Assembly (NCBI GenBank): GCA_951406725.2
Contig: OX597816.1
Location: forward strand, 30,070,001 to 30,134,000
DNA: 64,000 nucleotides
DNA from: Octopus vulgaris
Lineage: Eukaryota
Direction of reading: 5' to 3'
Of the stretch, positions 41,532-55,249 are shown one piece after another (within the stretch, counting starts at the first letter, position 1; each line of letters starts with the position of its first letter). The position numbers were made by a program, and so were the translations under genes. The notes below the pieces were generated by a model. The model was not told the DNA's origin, ran no database searches, and saw only the letters and a list, made by a program, of their open reading frames with translations.

Positions 41532-43730
41532 TTATATATATATATATATTCACAGACATGTACATACGTATACACATGCATATATACACTCATACGAACA
41601 GAGGTATACACATATAGAAGCATGTGTGTATATGTGTGTGTATTGATTGAAATAACAAAACCAGTACTACGAACAGAAATTCCTTATTTATTTCTGTCAA
41701 ACTTATGGACATTTATATCACGTTCGGATTTCTTTCCCTTTAGGTCCTGGGGGTCTCTTGAAGGCTGTACTCTAAATAGCAACTGTCCGGTGACTTGAAA
41801 GTAGTAAACAATTATGCTCGTAAATTGATTTTGGTGTTAGAGAGACAATGGGATTTGAGGCTATGGTAAAAACATTTGCCCGTCTGAGTAAGATCGAACC
41901 ACGTGGGCGGGAAGCGAACTTTTAACAGCCTTGCTTGCAACCGTATATCTAAATTTATTATAAAGCTAGACGTACAGAAATGGATACTTAAGCATATTAT
42001 GAAATAATTTTTCAATTAAAAGCGAAAATTAATATCAGAATTTCTCAAGACAAACAACAACAATAACAAATTATATTAAAAAATGAAAACATCAACAACT
42101 ACACACAAAATAAATGCTGTAAAAGTACTTTTATTAAATGAATGTATAATCAAAAGAAAAAAATTAATTACGAAAGAAAATTACGCAGCGGCGCCATCCG
42201 CATAAAAATAGAAGAGGTTTAGCTGTTCTTTACATAATTCATGTAGTAAGCATAAAAAATAAATCGAATTAAAATATGCCTGTGATGAAGAAAAAACAAT
42301 ATTTCAGTGATTAACATTGAATTAATTTGGAAAGAACGGGAAATAATTGAGGACATGTTTTAGCCTTATGAGACCTCATCAACGTTGCATGGTTTTCCTC
42401 GTATTTATCGAAGTAGTGTTAAGACAATATCTGTACACAATTTCGTACAGCTAATTTGTAATTACCTCATCACTAACTCGGAATATACGCTAAGTACTAT
42501 GATTCACTAAAGAGGTCTAATAACTCCAAAATAAGTCTGCAGCTATCTATCCTACTTGTTGGATTGATTTGACTATTACTAATCATTGAGTTAATATTGT
42601 ATTTTTCTCCCAACACAAATACTACTAATTAGCGTTTACGATGTTTCCTTCATTAACAGTAAAGTAATGCTAAAGTCTGTCTCGAGCTTACTGGATAATT
42701 ACTCCGGAGTCAAAGTTACAATCTTATGACCGTGAGCCTAAACACTAAAAAAAGGCGACATTCAAGATGCTAAATATCGCTGCCAAATTTCCATCAGGCT
42801 GCATCCAATTCACTTCTAAAACGAAAGGTTTTACTCTTTCACCACAACTTTCTCTCACATTTTCTACCTACTTCTGCCACAAAGCAGAGGAACCATGGTG
42901 TAACCCACTATGGTGTGGTAAACTTTCAGACCCTAGTCTAGATTGCGAATCCTCTGTACCCTAGGATGGTTCAGCTCTCCACCCATTAAAAGCCACTGTT
43001 TATGGAATGAGGATAACAACGTAGCTTTCGCGCCCGTGCAACTGCCAGTCTATCGCATGTGCTGGGTGGATCTTCAAGTTGTCACACGCATTCTTAGTAG
43101 CTTAGAGTAGGCTCCAATTAGAGATTACTCTTCGTGGCTAATGGTGTGAATCCTGATTGGAAGAAGAAAAAGAAGATAACAGCAGTAGCAGTAGTTGTTA
43201 AACACCTATCATCTCTGACCAAATACACCTTATGATCAAAATAATTAAAATAATTAAAAGTGTGACTCTCCAATCATTCTTTTTGCAATGCATAGTTAAC
43301 TCAGGACCGCATTATTTAGTGTGCCCTTTTCTAAAATGGTAAACTGTCGTTTGGGGAGAATTGGCAAATATTTCGAGGCTTTCGAGCAACCAATTGGATA
43401 ATCTCTTGATGTCTCACCTTCATAATGACATAGACTGACAAAAATAGTGCAACGTGTAATTAATTACCTGACTATGTCTGGTTATGTCCCTTTACGTTCC
43501 GAGTTCAGACCTTCCAATGTTATTAGCAAATATTTATAAGGGTTTATGTAATTGCCTATATTCCTTTGTACAAATTTTCTTTGTCTTTATGGCATGCATG
43601 ACATTCATACACTTAGTGTATGTTCCAAATCGTAGGCGACAATTTTCTCCACATGATAACTGAAAGTTTGCGTAAGACCAAAGATTTCAGGTAGGTCATA
43701 GGTATATTGCTTTCTAAAAGTGTATGTATA

Positions 43731-44145
43731 GGCGCAGGAGTGGCTATGTGCTAAGTAGCTTGCTAACCAACCACATGGTTCCGGGTTCAGTCCCACTGCG
43801 TGGCATCTTGGGCAAGTGTCTTCTGCTATAGCCCCGGGCCGACCAATGCCTTGTGAGTGGATTTGGTAGACGGAAACTGAAAGTAGCCTGTCGTATATAT
43901 GTATATATATATATATGTATGTGTGTGTTTGTGTGTCTGTGTTTGTCCCCCTGGCATTGGTTGACAACCGATGCTTGTGTGTTTACGTCCCTGTCACTTA
44001 GCGGTTCGGCAAAAGAGACCGATAGAATAAGTACTGGGCTTACAAAGAATAAGTCCTGGGGTCGATTTGCTCGACTAAAGGCGGTGCTCCAGCATGGCCG
44101 CAGTCAAATGACCGAAACAAGTAAAAGAGTAAAAGAGTAAAAGAG
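43731..44145 (+). mobile_element. SINE family A
   Basis: Family match. Confidence 0.85.
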
Positions 44146-44430
44146 AGTATATATATATATATGTGTGTGTGTGTGAGTGTATGTGCCGTCGCTGCCACAG
44201 ACCCGTTTGCCACCTTTCTAATTGTAGAAGCCAAAATAAGTCAGTATATTTATTTTATTTTTTCGTTATTGTAAAACCTGACTGAAAATCCATATGTTCA
44301 AACGGTATTTCAAAATGTAAATGTCTCTGCTCTGTAGGACTAGCTATGACTACAATAGTGATTGTATACCTTAATTTTTGATGATGGCAGGATTTAATTC
44401 AAAGACAATTAAGCTGTTATTTCTAACCTA

Positions 44431-44843
44431 TTTCTTTATTACCCACATGGGGCTAAACACAGAGAGGACAAACAAGGACAGACAAATGGATTAAGTTGAT
44501 TATATCGACTCCAGTGCGTAACTGGTACTTATTTAATCGACCCCCAAAGGATGAAAGCAAAGTTGATCTCGGCGGAATTTCAACTCAGAATGTAAAGACA
44601 AACGAAATACCTATTTCTTTACTACCCACAAGGGGCTAAACACAGAGGGCACAAACAAGGACAGACAAACGGATTAAGTTGATTATATCGACCCTAGTGC
44701 GTAACTGGTACTTATTTAATCGGCCCTGAAAGGATGAAAGGCAAAGTCGACCTTGGCAGAATTTGAACTCAGAACGTAGCGGCAGACGAAATACCGCTAA
44801 GCATTTCGCCCGGTGTGCTAACGTTTCTGCCAGCTCACCGCCT
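44431..44843 (-). mobile_element. Dimeric SINE B with 22-bp TSD
   Basis: ttaagctgttatttctaaccta at 44409-44430 and 44845-44866. Confidence 0.85.
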
Positions 44844-45442
44844 TTTAAGCTGTTATTTCTAACCTAAAGAGCGACTTCTTTGAAGTCACAACATTAGTTT
44901 GTCATTATTTGTGGCAGGTGTGTAGAAAAGCAAAGAATCTGACTTTGCAAATTTAATGTTTAGTTGTTAAATTTCACAGTATAATGTCGTTTCAAGATGG
45001 CTGTCGTAATATTTATTGTAGAGGGAAAAAAAGATGCAGTAATAATAAATAAAAAACAAGAATTTGTTAAAACTGAGATTTTATCATCCATAAACGAGTT
45101 TGCCAACCTATTTACCTACAAGTTCATTAATTAATTATGTTCTCTCAGTCTCTCTATCTCTGCCTCTGTCTGTCTCTCAATATAAACACACGCTTACATA
45201 TATCCAGACATAAACACACATGCACATAAATAAGGTATTGAAGGAATACCGTCTTTTGGGGATGAGGATTCAATTGTTCGACCGACTGAATTTCCTGCTC
45301 CTGAATGAAGGCAGTTGAGCTTTCAATGGTCACATCTACATATATACATATATATGTAAGTATGTACATGTATGTATATATGCATATATATATAAAATAT
45401 TATATGATTGAATGCCACGCATTCATTGCCAACTAAGTTTTA

Positions 45443-45533
<91 letters not shown>

Positions 45534-45744
45534 GTGTGTGTCTTTATCCCCCTTCCATCGTTGGTGTGTTTATGTCCCTGTAAGTTAGCGGTTCGATCAA
45601 AAAGGCCGATAGAAGTACCCAGCTTACAAATAATAGGTCCTGGGTTCTATTTGTTCGACTAAAGGCGGTGTTCCAGCTTGGTCGCATTCAAATGACTGAA
45701 ATTAGTAAAAGAATAAAAGAATACACGCACACACACACACACAT

Positions 45745-46300
45745 AATTCCAAAAGAATTAGAGGTTGTGGATCCAACCAACTAAGGGGTAATATATATCC
45801 AATATACTGCTGGTAGAATACCCAATTATTAATACACAAGTGCTTTTTATTGCATGGCAATTACACTACTAAATGTAATAAGTGGGTGAGTGTAAAAAGT
45901 TGTTTTACCCTTAATTCATACGGCAATAAGAAAATGGAGGGGTCTCTATAGAGATTAGGGTTTAAATTCCAATCTATAAAAAGCTTCCGTTCTACAATAT
46001 TCTTAAGGGAACGAAAAATTATCCAGCAACTCGGGCCAATACGAACGAGCATGGAAGGTGAAAAGAACTGACATCTCTTGTCAAGAGTACAGGCAACATT
46101 CAGATCGCCGATGCCTGATGCGAACTCCGCTTTCATTATTTGATTGCTGTTATTCCGTGCGTCTGTGTGTGAATATAAGTTGTGTTTTGCATGGTTGCCT
46201 TATTTTTACCCATAACTTAGAAATGGGGAAAGACATAGTGCTAGATACTAAAAGTAAGCCATCTAGGACTAGAAAAATTGCGAAAAAACGTGAGGCATTC
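45745..46300 (-). mobile_element. Possible Penelope-like endonuclease C-terminal remnant
   Basis: Weak resemblance (NIVERKLFI..NLNPNLY); adjacent to hammerhead-bearing insert. Confidence 0.3.
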
Positions 46301-46449
46301 TTTCGTTAGAAGCAGCAAACTTACTCACTGTTAGATTATCCGTGCATATGTAAGTCTGCATTCTGCATTACATCTCTTACCTTCTTTTATACATGTGACT
46401 TATGCGAAATCTGTGATGAGCCCGAGTTACACTGATGACCTGGAGTCAC

Positions 46450-46508
<59 letters not shown>

Positions 46509-46648
46509 CAATGTACATTTAAACACGTAAGGAATCCACTCGTCGTATTCAACACGCTAGAAAGAACAGCTAGGTTCTATAACCACGAAATTAGGGATAA
46601 AATTCGACAGGAACGAAATGAAAAAATAAAAACATTTTACCAGCTAGT

Positions 46649-46729
46649 TTCCTGGACCAATTGGTTTCTGATTTTAGTTTATCAAGTTAATAACATATAC
46701 CGCCTAGGTGAAATCGTCTTCAGCAGGAA
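46649..46729 (-). ncRNA. Type I hammerhead ribozyme motif in insert 46505-46889 within (TA)n
   Basis: UUCCUG CUGAAGA C GAUUU..AAAUC A GAAA CCAAUUGG UC CAGGAA. Confidence 0.7.
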
Positions 46730-46887
46730 CACCTTGGGTTAAATATATAAACACGAGACGATCAAACTATGCGCCTCTAGTTTATACATCCTAATTTTTT
46801 TCAAAATCTGCTGCGCAGGCGCAGCCCTTCGCCGGCGATAAAATATGCCAACTTTTAAAAACCGAGAATTATCCAAAGTATTGTAAG

Positions 46888-46950
<63 letters not shown>

Positions 46951-47047
46951 CATATATATATATATATGTATATATATATATTTATGTATATATATATATA
47001 TATATATAAAGTTAATCCAAACATGAAAACACAACGCGAGGACGTGG

Positions 47048-47101
<54 letters not shown>

Positions 47102-47619
47102 CATGTATGTATATACATACACACACACATGCATACATATACGTCAGCATAAATGCATTTACAATTCAATTACCTAGCTATTAATTTAACTAGCAACAAA
47201 CCTACCTGGCTAGTCGCTTACTGACTAATTACTCAGTTACAATTTCTTTATAGTTTATATAATTACCGGTACAATTACATACTTGGCTATTTAGCCAACT
47301 AACCACCTTCCTTAGATGATAATTTAAAAGTAACTGATTTACTTTCTGAACAGTTTAGCTGCAATTTATTTCACCTACCTTACACACGCCTTGCCCTTAT
47401 CACATGACCTACCGCAATCAAGGAGCTTGTATGTGGTCATTCGCGCTGCTAAATATATCAACAAATCTCACTCAAATCACACTCGATCCTTATAAACAGA
47501 CGACGCATTGGCTTGTATTGTCCTACATATAGAAACGACACAATATAGCTCTTGATATACAAATAAACTGAAAGGTCATGGCTGGAACGTAGACTTTGAT
47601 CCTGATAGACATGTGTGAT

Positions 47620-47920
47620 GTACAGTTCTGCCGCACCCGCTTCTGCAGGTATCCAAAGGATGTTTTGGCTTTGTCAGTGCGGTCGTCGACGTTATTTTCA
47701 CAGGTTGCATCACTGGAAATGACGTTTCTCCAAGTAGGTGCAGTGTTGTATTGCTGGAAATCGGTATTCTTCGATGCCTACTTGAGGTATATTGCGGTTT
47801 CTGGAACTGTGTCAGTTTCCTTCAGACTGATGGTGAGACCAAAGGCTACCCTATCAAAACCAGACATAATTGTCTGGAGAGCCGACGCTTGTGAGCATTA
47901 AAAGATGCAGTCATCACAAC
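47620..47920 (-). mobile_element. RTE-clade LINE RT fragment
   Basis: DDC..ALQ..FGLTISLK..YLG..ISSD..KAKTSFGYLQKRV resembles RTE RT after FADD. Confidence 0.65.
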
Positions 47921-48356
47921 TTACTTCATTCGTAGCGACATACATGGTTCTAGATGTGTACAGTTTTTGTTTAGAGGAGGGGTATGGTATGATTTTCTTG
48001 ATATATTTATCGATTGAGTTTTTGGGGTTAGGGTTAGGATTAGGAGACAAGACTGTCACAGTTTCTCTTCGTGGAAGCAGCGCAACCTCAACGTGTGATG
48101 TCTAGGCTGCAGGTAGATGATGTGTCAGTGCAGAAGATTTGGAACAAATGCAAGAAGGTATGATCTTCATAGGAGTAGATATTATTGAATACAATGGTGG
48201 AAAGCTTGGTAAAGTATATGAGAAAAAGTGTAAGGGACAAAGCCATACATTAAAGCGCACTACTTTTGAGACCTAAATTTTGGCAAAATTGTATAAGGTT
48301 TGCAAATTAAGCATTACTTCACTTATTATGGCGAGCACAATAACTTTTATTAATCA

Positions 48357-48625
48357 AGTTAGTAAGTTAATTTTTTTGGCTCAAAAAGCAAAAAGCAAGG
48401 CCATGTAGGGGGACATGGAGTTATGTGCAGGGTGGTGTTCATGTAAAGAGTTCAGGCCACTTGAGGTCAAGGGAGATTTTGAACAAAGCGGTCGTCGGCA
48501 TCTTCACCATCTCGTCTGGCAGCTTGTTCCACGGATCCGCAACCCGGACGGAGAAAGCCCCTCTCCTTCGATTGAGATGAAATCGTCGCAGATAGAGCTT
48601 TTCGGAATGACCCCGAAAGTTGATT
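48357..48625 (-). mobile_element. CR1-like LINE 3' end
   Basis: RGHSEKL..RR..FSVRV..WNKLP..FKISLD then short 3' UTR. Confidence 0.75.
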
Positions 48626-49398
48626 TCTATATAGATATGAGATAAATACTGTTGAACATTAAATGAACCGAAGACCAAGGACGAGAACATTTATTCAATC
48701 CAGAAATATTACGAATGTTATATTTGAACTGTGATCCGTCACATGGCAATCAAATGATATCCATTTAATCATCTTCCCTTCCCTACTCCTGATTTTTAAA
48801 TTAAATTAAGAATTATTAATTAAGACGAAAATAATTTAATATAAAAATTAAATAACTTAGAATTTAATTCCTGGATGTAAGAGCCGATTATGTAATTCAC
48901 ACACCAGCAGAAGTAATTTTATTGTTAATGATTTTCTTTTCGTTCTTAGTGTTGCTGCTTGCACTGTAGAACGGCAGTAAGTTTTTGAAGTCATTAATCC
49001 ACGACTCAGTCTCGAATCCTAGTCGGAGCCATATTAATTCATTAAAAAAGAAAGAAATGGACTTTTCAGAAACAATCAGGGATCATTTAAGTGCCATAAA
49101 TTAGCATTCTGTTTCCACCAAAGACCTGTATTTCAAAGGGCTAGCCTTGTCACACTCTGTGTCACGCTGAATCTACTCGATAACTACGTTAAGGGTACAT
49201 GCGTCTGTGGAGTGCTCAGTCACTTGCACGTTAATTTCACGAGCAGGCTGTTCAGTTGATATATATATATATATATAATTAATCAATATAGGGTGGCAAA
49301 AAATTTCGTAGAATTTTTTTGCCACCAGCGGCCTAGTGGGAAAAGAATTAAATAGTCATAGACCATTTATAATGGCCTATTATGGCCGTTCCTTGATT

Positions 49399-49429
<31 letters not shown>

Positions 49430-49436
49430 TACGTGG

Positions 49437-49777
49437 CTCTCCGTCGGTTACGACGACGAGGTTTCCAGTTGATGCGATCAACTGAACAGCATGCTCGTGA
49501 AATTAATGTGCAAGTGGCTGAGCACTCCACAGACACATGTACCCTTAACGTAGTTCTCGGGGAGATTCAGCGTGACACAGAGAAATATAGGTACAACAGA
49601 AACAGGAAGAAGTTATGGTGAAAGAATACAACAGGTTTCGCCACCACTCCCTGCCGGAGCCTCGTGGAGCTTTAGGTGTTTTCGTTCAATTAACACTCAC
49701 AACGCCCGGTCTGGGAATCGAAACCGTGATGGTATGACTGCGAGTCCACTGCCCTAACCACTGGGCCATTGTGCCTC
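49437..49777 (-). mobile_element. SINE family C
   Basis: Family match; opposite-strand fragment at 49125-49260. Confidence 0.8.
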
Positions 49778-49889
49778 ACACACACACACACACACACACA
49801 CATGTATGTATGTATGTATGTATGTATGTATGTATGTATGTATGTATGTATGTATGTGTGTGAGTATATATATGTATATATATATAATA

Positions 49890-49929
<40 letters not shown>

Positions 49930-49960
49930 GTATATATATATATATATATATGCATATATG

Positions 49961-50524
49961 GGTATAGGACGTCACCATAGGGGCAAACAGCATGATATAC
50001 GTAAACTAACGAGGCAAAAATGAGTGAAATACGTAAACAAGAAAAAAAATGGAAGACAGGACAAGAAAACACAGAGAAAGGCCCCTTCATCAGTTGTTGG
50101 CTGTCTATCTACCCCCTCATTTCGAGCATTCAACGACAATATGAGTTTCAATAACAGTTGCTCCCATAAATTCTAAAATAAAATATAGGGTTTGTGGAGG
50201 GCCCAAGTTAGTAACAAAAAAAACAAAACAAAAAAAAATGACAGTGGAGACAGACAAGGAAACCGAACGAAAACAAACATGGAGGGTCGTAGACCAGGAC
50301 AAAAGGAAAACAGTGAACGCTAGGAGAAACATTTTTTTGAAAAGAGAGAAAATATAGAAGACTTTAAAGATTCTTATTGTCGCTGAATGCTCGAAATGAG
50401 GGGCTAGATAGATACCCTACAACTGATGAAGAGTCCTTTCTCTGTGTTTACTTGACCTGTTATCCATTTTTCGTGTTGTTTAAGTATTTCATGTTATTTA
50501 CACTGTTGGTGACGTCCAGTACCC
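49961..50524. repeat. Diverged inverted repeat (arms ~49961-50143 and ~50373-50524)
   Basis: ggacgtcacca/tggtgacgtcc; cctcatttcgagcattca/tgaatgctcgaaatgagg. Confidence 0.7.
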
Positions 50525-50535
50525 ATATATACACG

Positions 50536-50616
<81 letters not shown>

Positions 50617-50617
50617 G

Positions 50618-50732
<115 letters not shown>

Positions 50733-50757
50733 ATATATATATCTATCTATCTATCTG

Positions 50758-50802
<45 letters not shown>

Positions 50803-50900
50803 ATATCTATCTATCTATCTATCTATCTAACTGTCTATCCCTCTGTCTATACATTATATATTATTTATTATTTGATTGAACGCGACGCATCCATTTCCAA

Positions 50901-50951
<51 letters not shown>

Positions 50952-51024
50952 CATATATATATATATATAATACATTTATATAAATATATATACATATACA
51001 TATATATGTATGTATGAATGTACG

Positions 51025-51090
<66 letters not shown>

Positions 51091-51473
51091 TGTGCGTGCG
51101 CGCGCGCATGTACGTGCGTATAGTTTACATCATTAATAATTTTCGCTGGTAACAAATCGCGGGTAGAACCTGATCTCCCACTTAAAAGTTCTCGGTCGTA
51201 TTTCAAGGCGTACTCAAAACAATTTAGTCTTCTTAGAATTTTACATCCATGACTCCAAGGGCGTCACGCTTGATGTAAAACCATTCTGATTATGTGACTG
51301 TTCCTAATTTAGTTAAAATGCATTGCCCAATTTTATTTCACGCCTGCTATGCCTTTTTTCAGTATACATACGGAACTCAAAGCGTAATGGATATTACATC
51401 CTTTTATTTAGTTCTAATTTCCCATAATTCTAGAATTTCAAATCTAATTTTGAATATATGTACGTCAGTGTAC

Positions 51474-51510
<37 letters not shown>

Positions 51511-52022
51511 ATGCATCTAATATTAATAATTAACATTTTGCAAATTCTAATTTCCCTATACTCTTGTTCGTGGGTGTCATTCGCAGCTAAAGCCAAGAAT
51601 TCAGTCTGACTGCTACTAATTTTTTTACCATTTTCTTTGTGTATTCAGTTTTTGATTTTAGAACACACACACGCACGCGCGCGCAAATAAGCGCGCGTGC
51701 GCAAACTCGGATGCAAACTGAGGTAAGCTGAGCTAGATATTCCGCGATATTCCGCGATATTCCGCGATATTCCGCATTCACTGCGTGATGTAATATTCCA
51801 AGCGCATTCTTCCTGTTTGTTTGATTCCCATGAACGTAAATTTGAGGCATCGATTTCCTGTTGACTATATATCCATGAGGATATATTGACTATATATCCA
51901 TGAGGATAGTCTATATATGTGTGTGGAGTGTGCATATATATATACATACACATAATATATATGTGTGTGTATATGTAATGTTTACATATATATATGTGTG
52001 TGTATATATATATATGTGTGTG

Positions 52023-52095
<73 letters not shown>

Positions 52096-52232
52096 TTGTG
52101 TGTGTATAGCGAGTTTGGAAGAGATAGAGATAGAGATAAAGAGCATTCCGACCACATGGTTTCAGATTCAGTTTTTCCTACTCTCGCCTTGGGGATGACC
52201 AAAGGTTTGTGAGTGGATCTGGTAGACGGAAA

Positions 52233-52319
<87 letters not shown>

Positions 52320-52585
52320 CAGTGTTTGCCCAACCACTATCGCTTGACAACCGACGTTGGGGTGTTTACGTCCCCGTAACTTAGCGTTTCGACCGATCGA
52401 ATATGTACTAGGCTTGCAAAAGAATAAGTCCTGGGGTCAATTTGTTCGACTAAAGGCGGTGCTTCAGCATGGCCGCAGCCAAATGACTGAAAGAAATAAT
52501 AGATTAATAGAATAAAAAAATATATATATATACACACACTCACACACACACACGTACATATGTATATGTATATATACGTAACATA

Positions 52586-52657
52586 TCCTCAGTAGTATAG
52601 TGGTAAGTATCCCCGCCTGTCACGCGGGAGACCGGGGTTCGATTTCCCGCCGGGGAG
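52586..52657 (+). tRNA. tRNA-Asp (GTC), possibly impaired copy
   Basis: TCCTCAGTAGTATAGTGGTAAGTATCCCCGCCTGTCACGCGGGAGACCGGGGTTCGATTTCCCGCCGGGGAG; cloverleaf; T5 run ~12 nt downstream. Confidence 0.85.
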
Positions 52658-53062
52658 GTAATAAATATATTTTTAATGGCGGTGCCCCAGCATGGCCAAA
52701 GTTCGTGAGATGAAACTAGATAAAACAAACATAAAACAAACATATATCTTGTTAGATTCTTATCCAAAATTTGAAACGCAGGCTAGGTTTTTCTCATAGA
52801 AGAGACGGAAAATCCTTTGTTTAGCCTGACCAAATTTAGTTAGGAAAAATGTAAATACAGAACCCAAAATCGATTTTGTTTCTTTTTGTTTGGCTCTTCA
52901 CCCATGTAGCACTTCACATAAGGCCCGCCATCTTTCGACTACACAACATTCACCCTCTCCTCTTGTCCAAATTCTTTTACTCTTTCTCTCTCCTTTCATC
53001 TGTTCTAGCAGCGTCCCACAGGTGAAGGTAACTACCAACAGTAAGGATAATAGAACGGCAAA

Positions 53063-53477
53063 TAATCTTTTCGGTTTGAACGGCTGTTTTTAACAATTTC
53101 TAGGTAACTAAAAGATTTTAAACTTCGTATACTGGTAGAATGTGTTTATTAAACATCTTTTTCTCTTGGCTTTATTGAGAAAATTCTATAGTTTGTAAGA
53201 TATTTGTTGTCTTTTCTTCAATTTCTGCTATTTCAACCAATCACTGACGTCTATTGAGGTAAAAAAACATTCTGTGCCATATGAATATGTCCCTCGTTTA
53301 AGAAACAGATTGGGTTTATTTACATTTGTGAAGAAAAAATGATACCCTTCCCACCACCCCTAACCTTAACCCTAAAATAGATTGAAATGCAATAGATCGA
53401 TACTAGGGTCATAATTATGGGTGACAATTTCATATGACACCGCTAGAAAAAATCTGCCGTTCAAACCGAAAAGATCC
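53063..53477. mobile_element. Second copy of Merlin-like MITE
   Basis: Aligns to 16498-16947; left terminal GG lost. Confidence 0.8.
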
Positions 53478-54025
53478 CAAACTTTTAAGCTGCATAGTGT
53501 TGTTAAATACTAATATATGTACTCCTACAAAATATGTTGAGTGCCTCTTTCTTTCGTTTGTGCACTCACGTATATATTTATGTGTGTGTGTGTGTAAGTG
53601 TGTGAGTGTGTATGTGTGTGCATGTTGGGAAGTGAGGCACGTGCAGCCTGAATACCGTATCAGACACTCCACTCCTATATGCAGTGCGGTACGATGCCGA
53701 GCATCAAATCATAGGATAGGCTTGTATGCAGAATACGTCCCACGTAAAAGTGTTAATGAAATACAGAAAACATATATGGTATTATATTCTTTATAAGCAT
53801 ATACGCGTTTCCGAAAATTAACTACCAGTATCACATCACTGCTTTTTGAAACATTATATAATCTTATTATTTCACCCCGGTATTTAAAGATTATATTATG
53901 TTTCAGCAAGCTATAATATAATTCTGGCAGGTAATTTTACGAAACGCGTGTATCTTCTACAATGCATGAAATACCATGTTTTCTATATTCTATAAATAAA
54001 ATACATATGTATGTATGTATGTATA

Positions 54026-54253
54026 GGCGGCGAGCTGGCAGAAACGTTAACACGCCGGGCGAAATGCGTAGCCGTATTTCGTCTGCCGTTATGCTCTGAG
54101 TTTAAATTCCGCCGAGGTCGACTTTGCCTTTCATCCTTTCGGGGTCGATTAAATAAGTACCAGTTATGCACTGGGGTCGATGTAATCGACTTAATCCGTT
54201 TGTCTATCCTTGTTTGTCCCCTCTGTGTTTAGCCCCTTGTGGGTAGTAAAGAA

Positions 54254-54255
<2 letters not shown>
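54026..54255 (+). mobile_element. SINE family B
   Basis: Family match. Confidence 0.85.
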
Positions 54256-54284
<29 letters not shown>

Positions 54285-54456
54285 TGTATGTATGTATGTA
54301 TGTATGTATGTATGTATGTATGTATGTATGTATGTATGTATGTATTTATGTATGTATGTATGTATGTATGTATGTATGTATGTATGTATGTATGTAGGTG
54401 TGTGTGTATGTATGTATGTATGTATGTATGTATGTGTATGTAAATATGTATGTACG

Positions 54457-55170
54457 TACGAAGGTCGGTTAAAAAGTTCATTGGCTGATAAAGACACATT
54501 CATGGAATATGACAAAGATACAACACGTCTTCTATAGCTGTTGCAATGTTTGGATCCTATTGGAGAAGAAGCTAACAACAGATATGATACTAGTTTCCAA
54601 CCAAATGTTTTTTTTTTTTTTGAGGAACAGATGGTAGTCAAATGGGACCTTTCGTAACCGCCTAAACAATTTGGCATAGTACTCTGTAATGATGGTGTGA
54701 ACTTTTTCAAGATAGTCAATAAACACTATGCATTTGCATCCCCCAGAAACTGAGGCCATCACCTTCTCTGCAGATGAAACGATCTTGGCCTTCCTTGGGG
54801 CAGGTGAGGAGGGGTGTTTCCAATGCATGGATTGTCTGTTTGTCTGCGACTCAAAGTGATGAATTCAACCCTCATTCTGGGTTAGGAAACGAAACGTTCA
54901 AGGAAACCAGCTGGATCTGCCTCTAACAATGTCAGATTTTCCCATGATCTCATCAGCCTGGTGCACTTTTGCTCCAGTGTTAGATGTGACACCCACTGAG
55001 CAGAAACCTTCGTCATGCCAAGTTCATTGTGCAGAATATTCCCAACTCTCTCACAAGATATGCTAATAGCATTGGCTATTTTATCTATCGTGAATCATTT
55101 GTCATCCATCACCATGTGGTGAACATAATCAATGTTTTTCTTGGTGGTTGCAGTTGTAGGACGTTCAGAG
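54457..55170 (-). mobile_element. Mariner transposase pseudogene remnant
   Basis: KVSAQWVSH (WVP), WKHPSSPAPRKAK..KVMASV..IDYL..I..EYY, PFDYHLF; TA-CGAAGG TIR-like end; stops and deletions. Confidence 0.85.
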
Positions 55171-55249
55171 CTTGGGTATGTGCTCTAAGACACAAAAGAA
55201 CGAAAGCTGTACCATGGATCAAATTCGATCTTAGGTGGAAAGAATGAGC

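Noticed and set aside
50385-50440. Hammerhead from GAAA..CTGATGA
   Set aside because: Could not build stems I and III around the core
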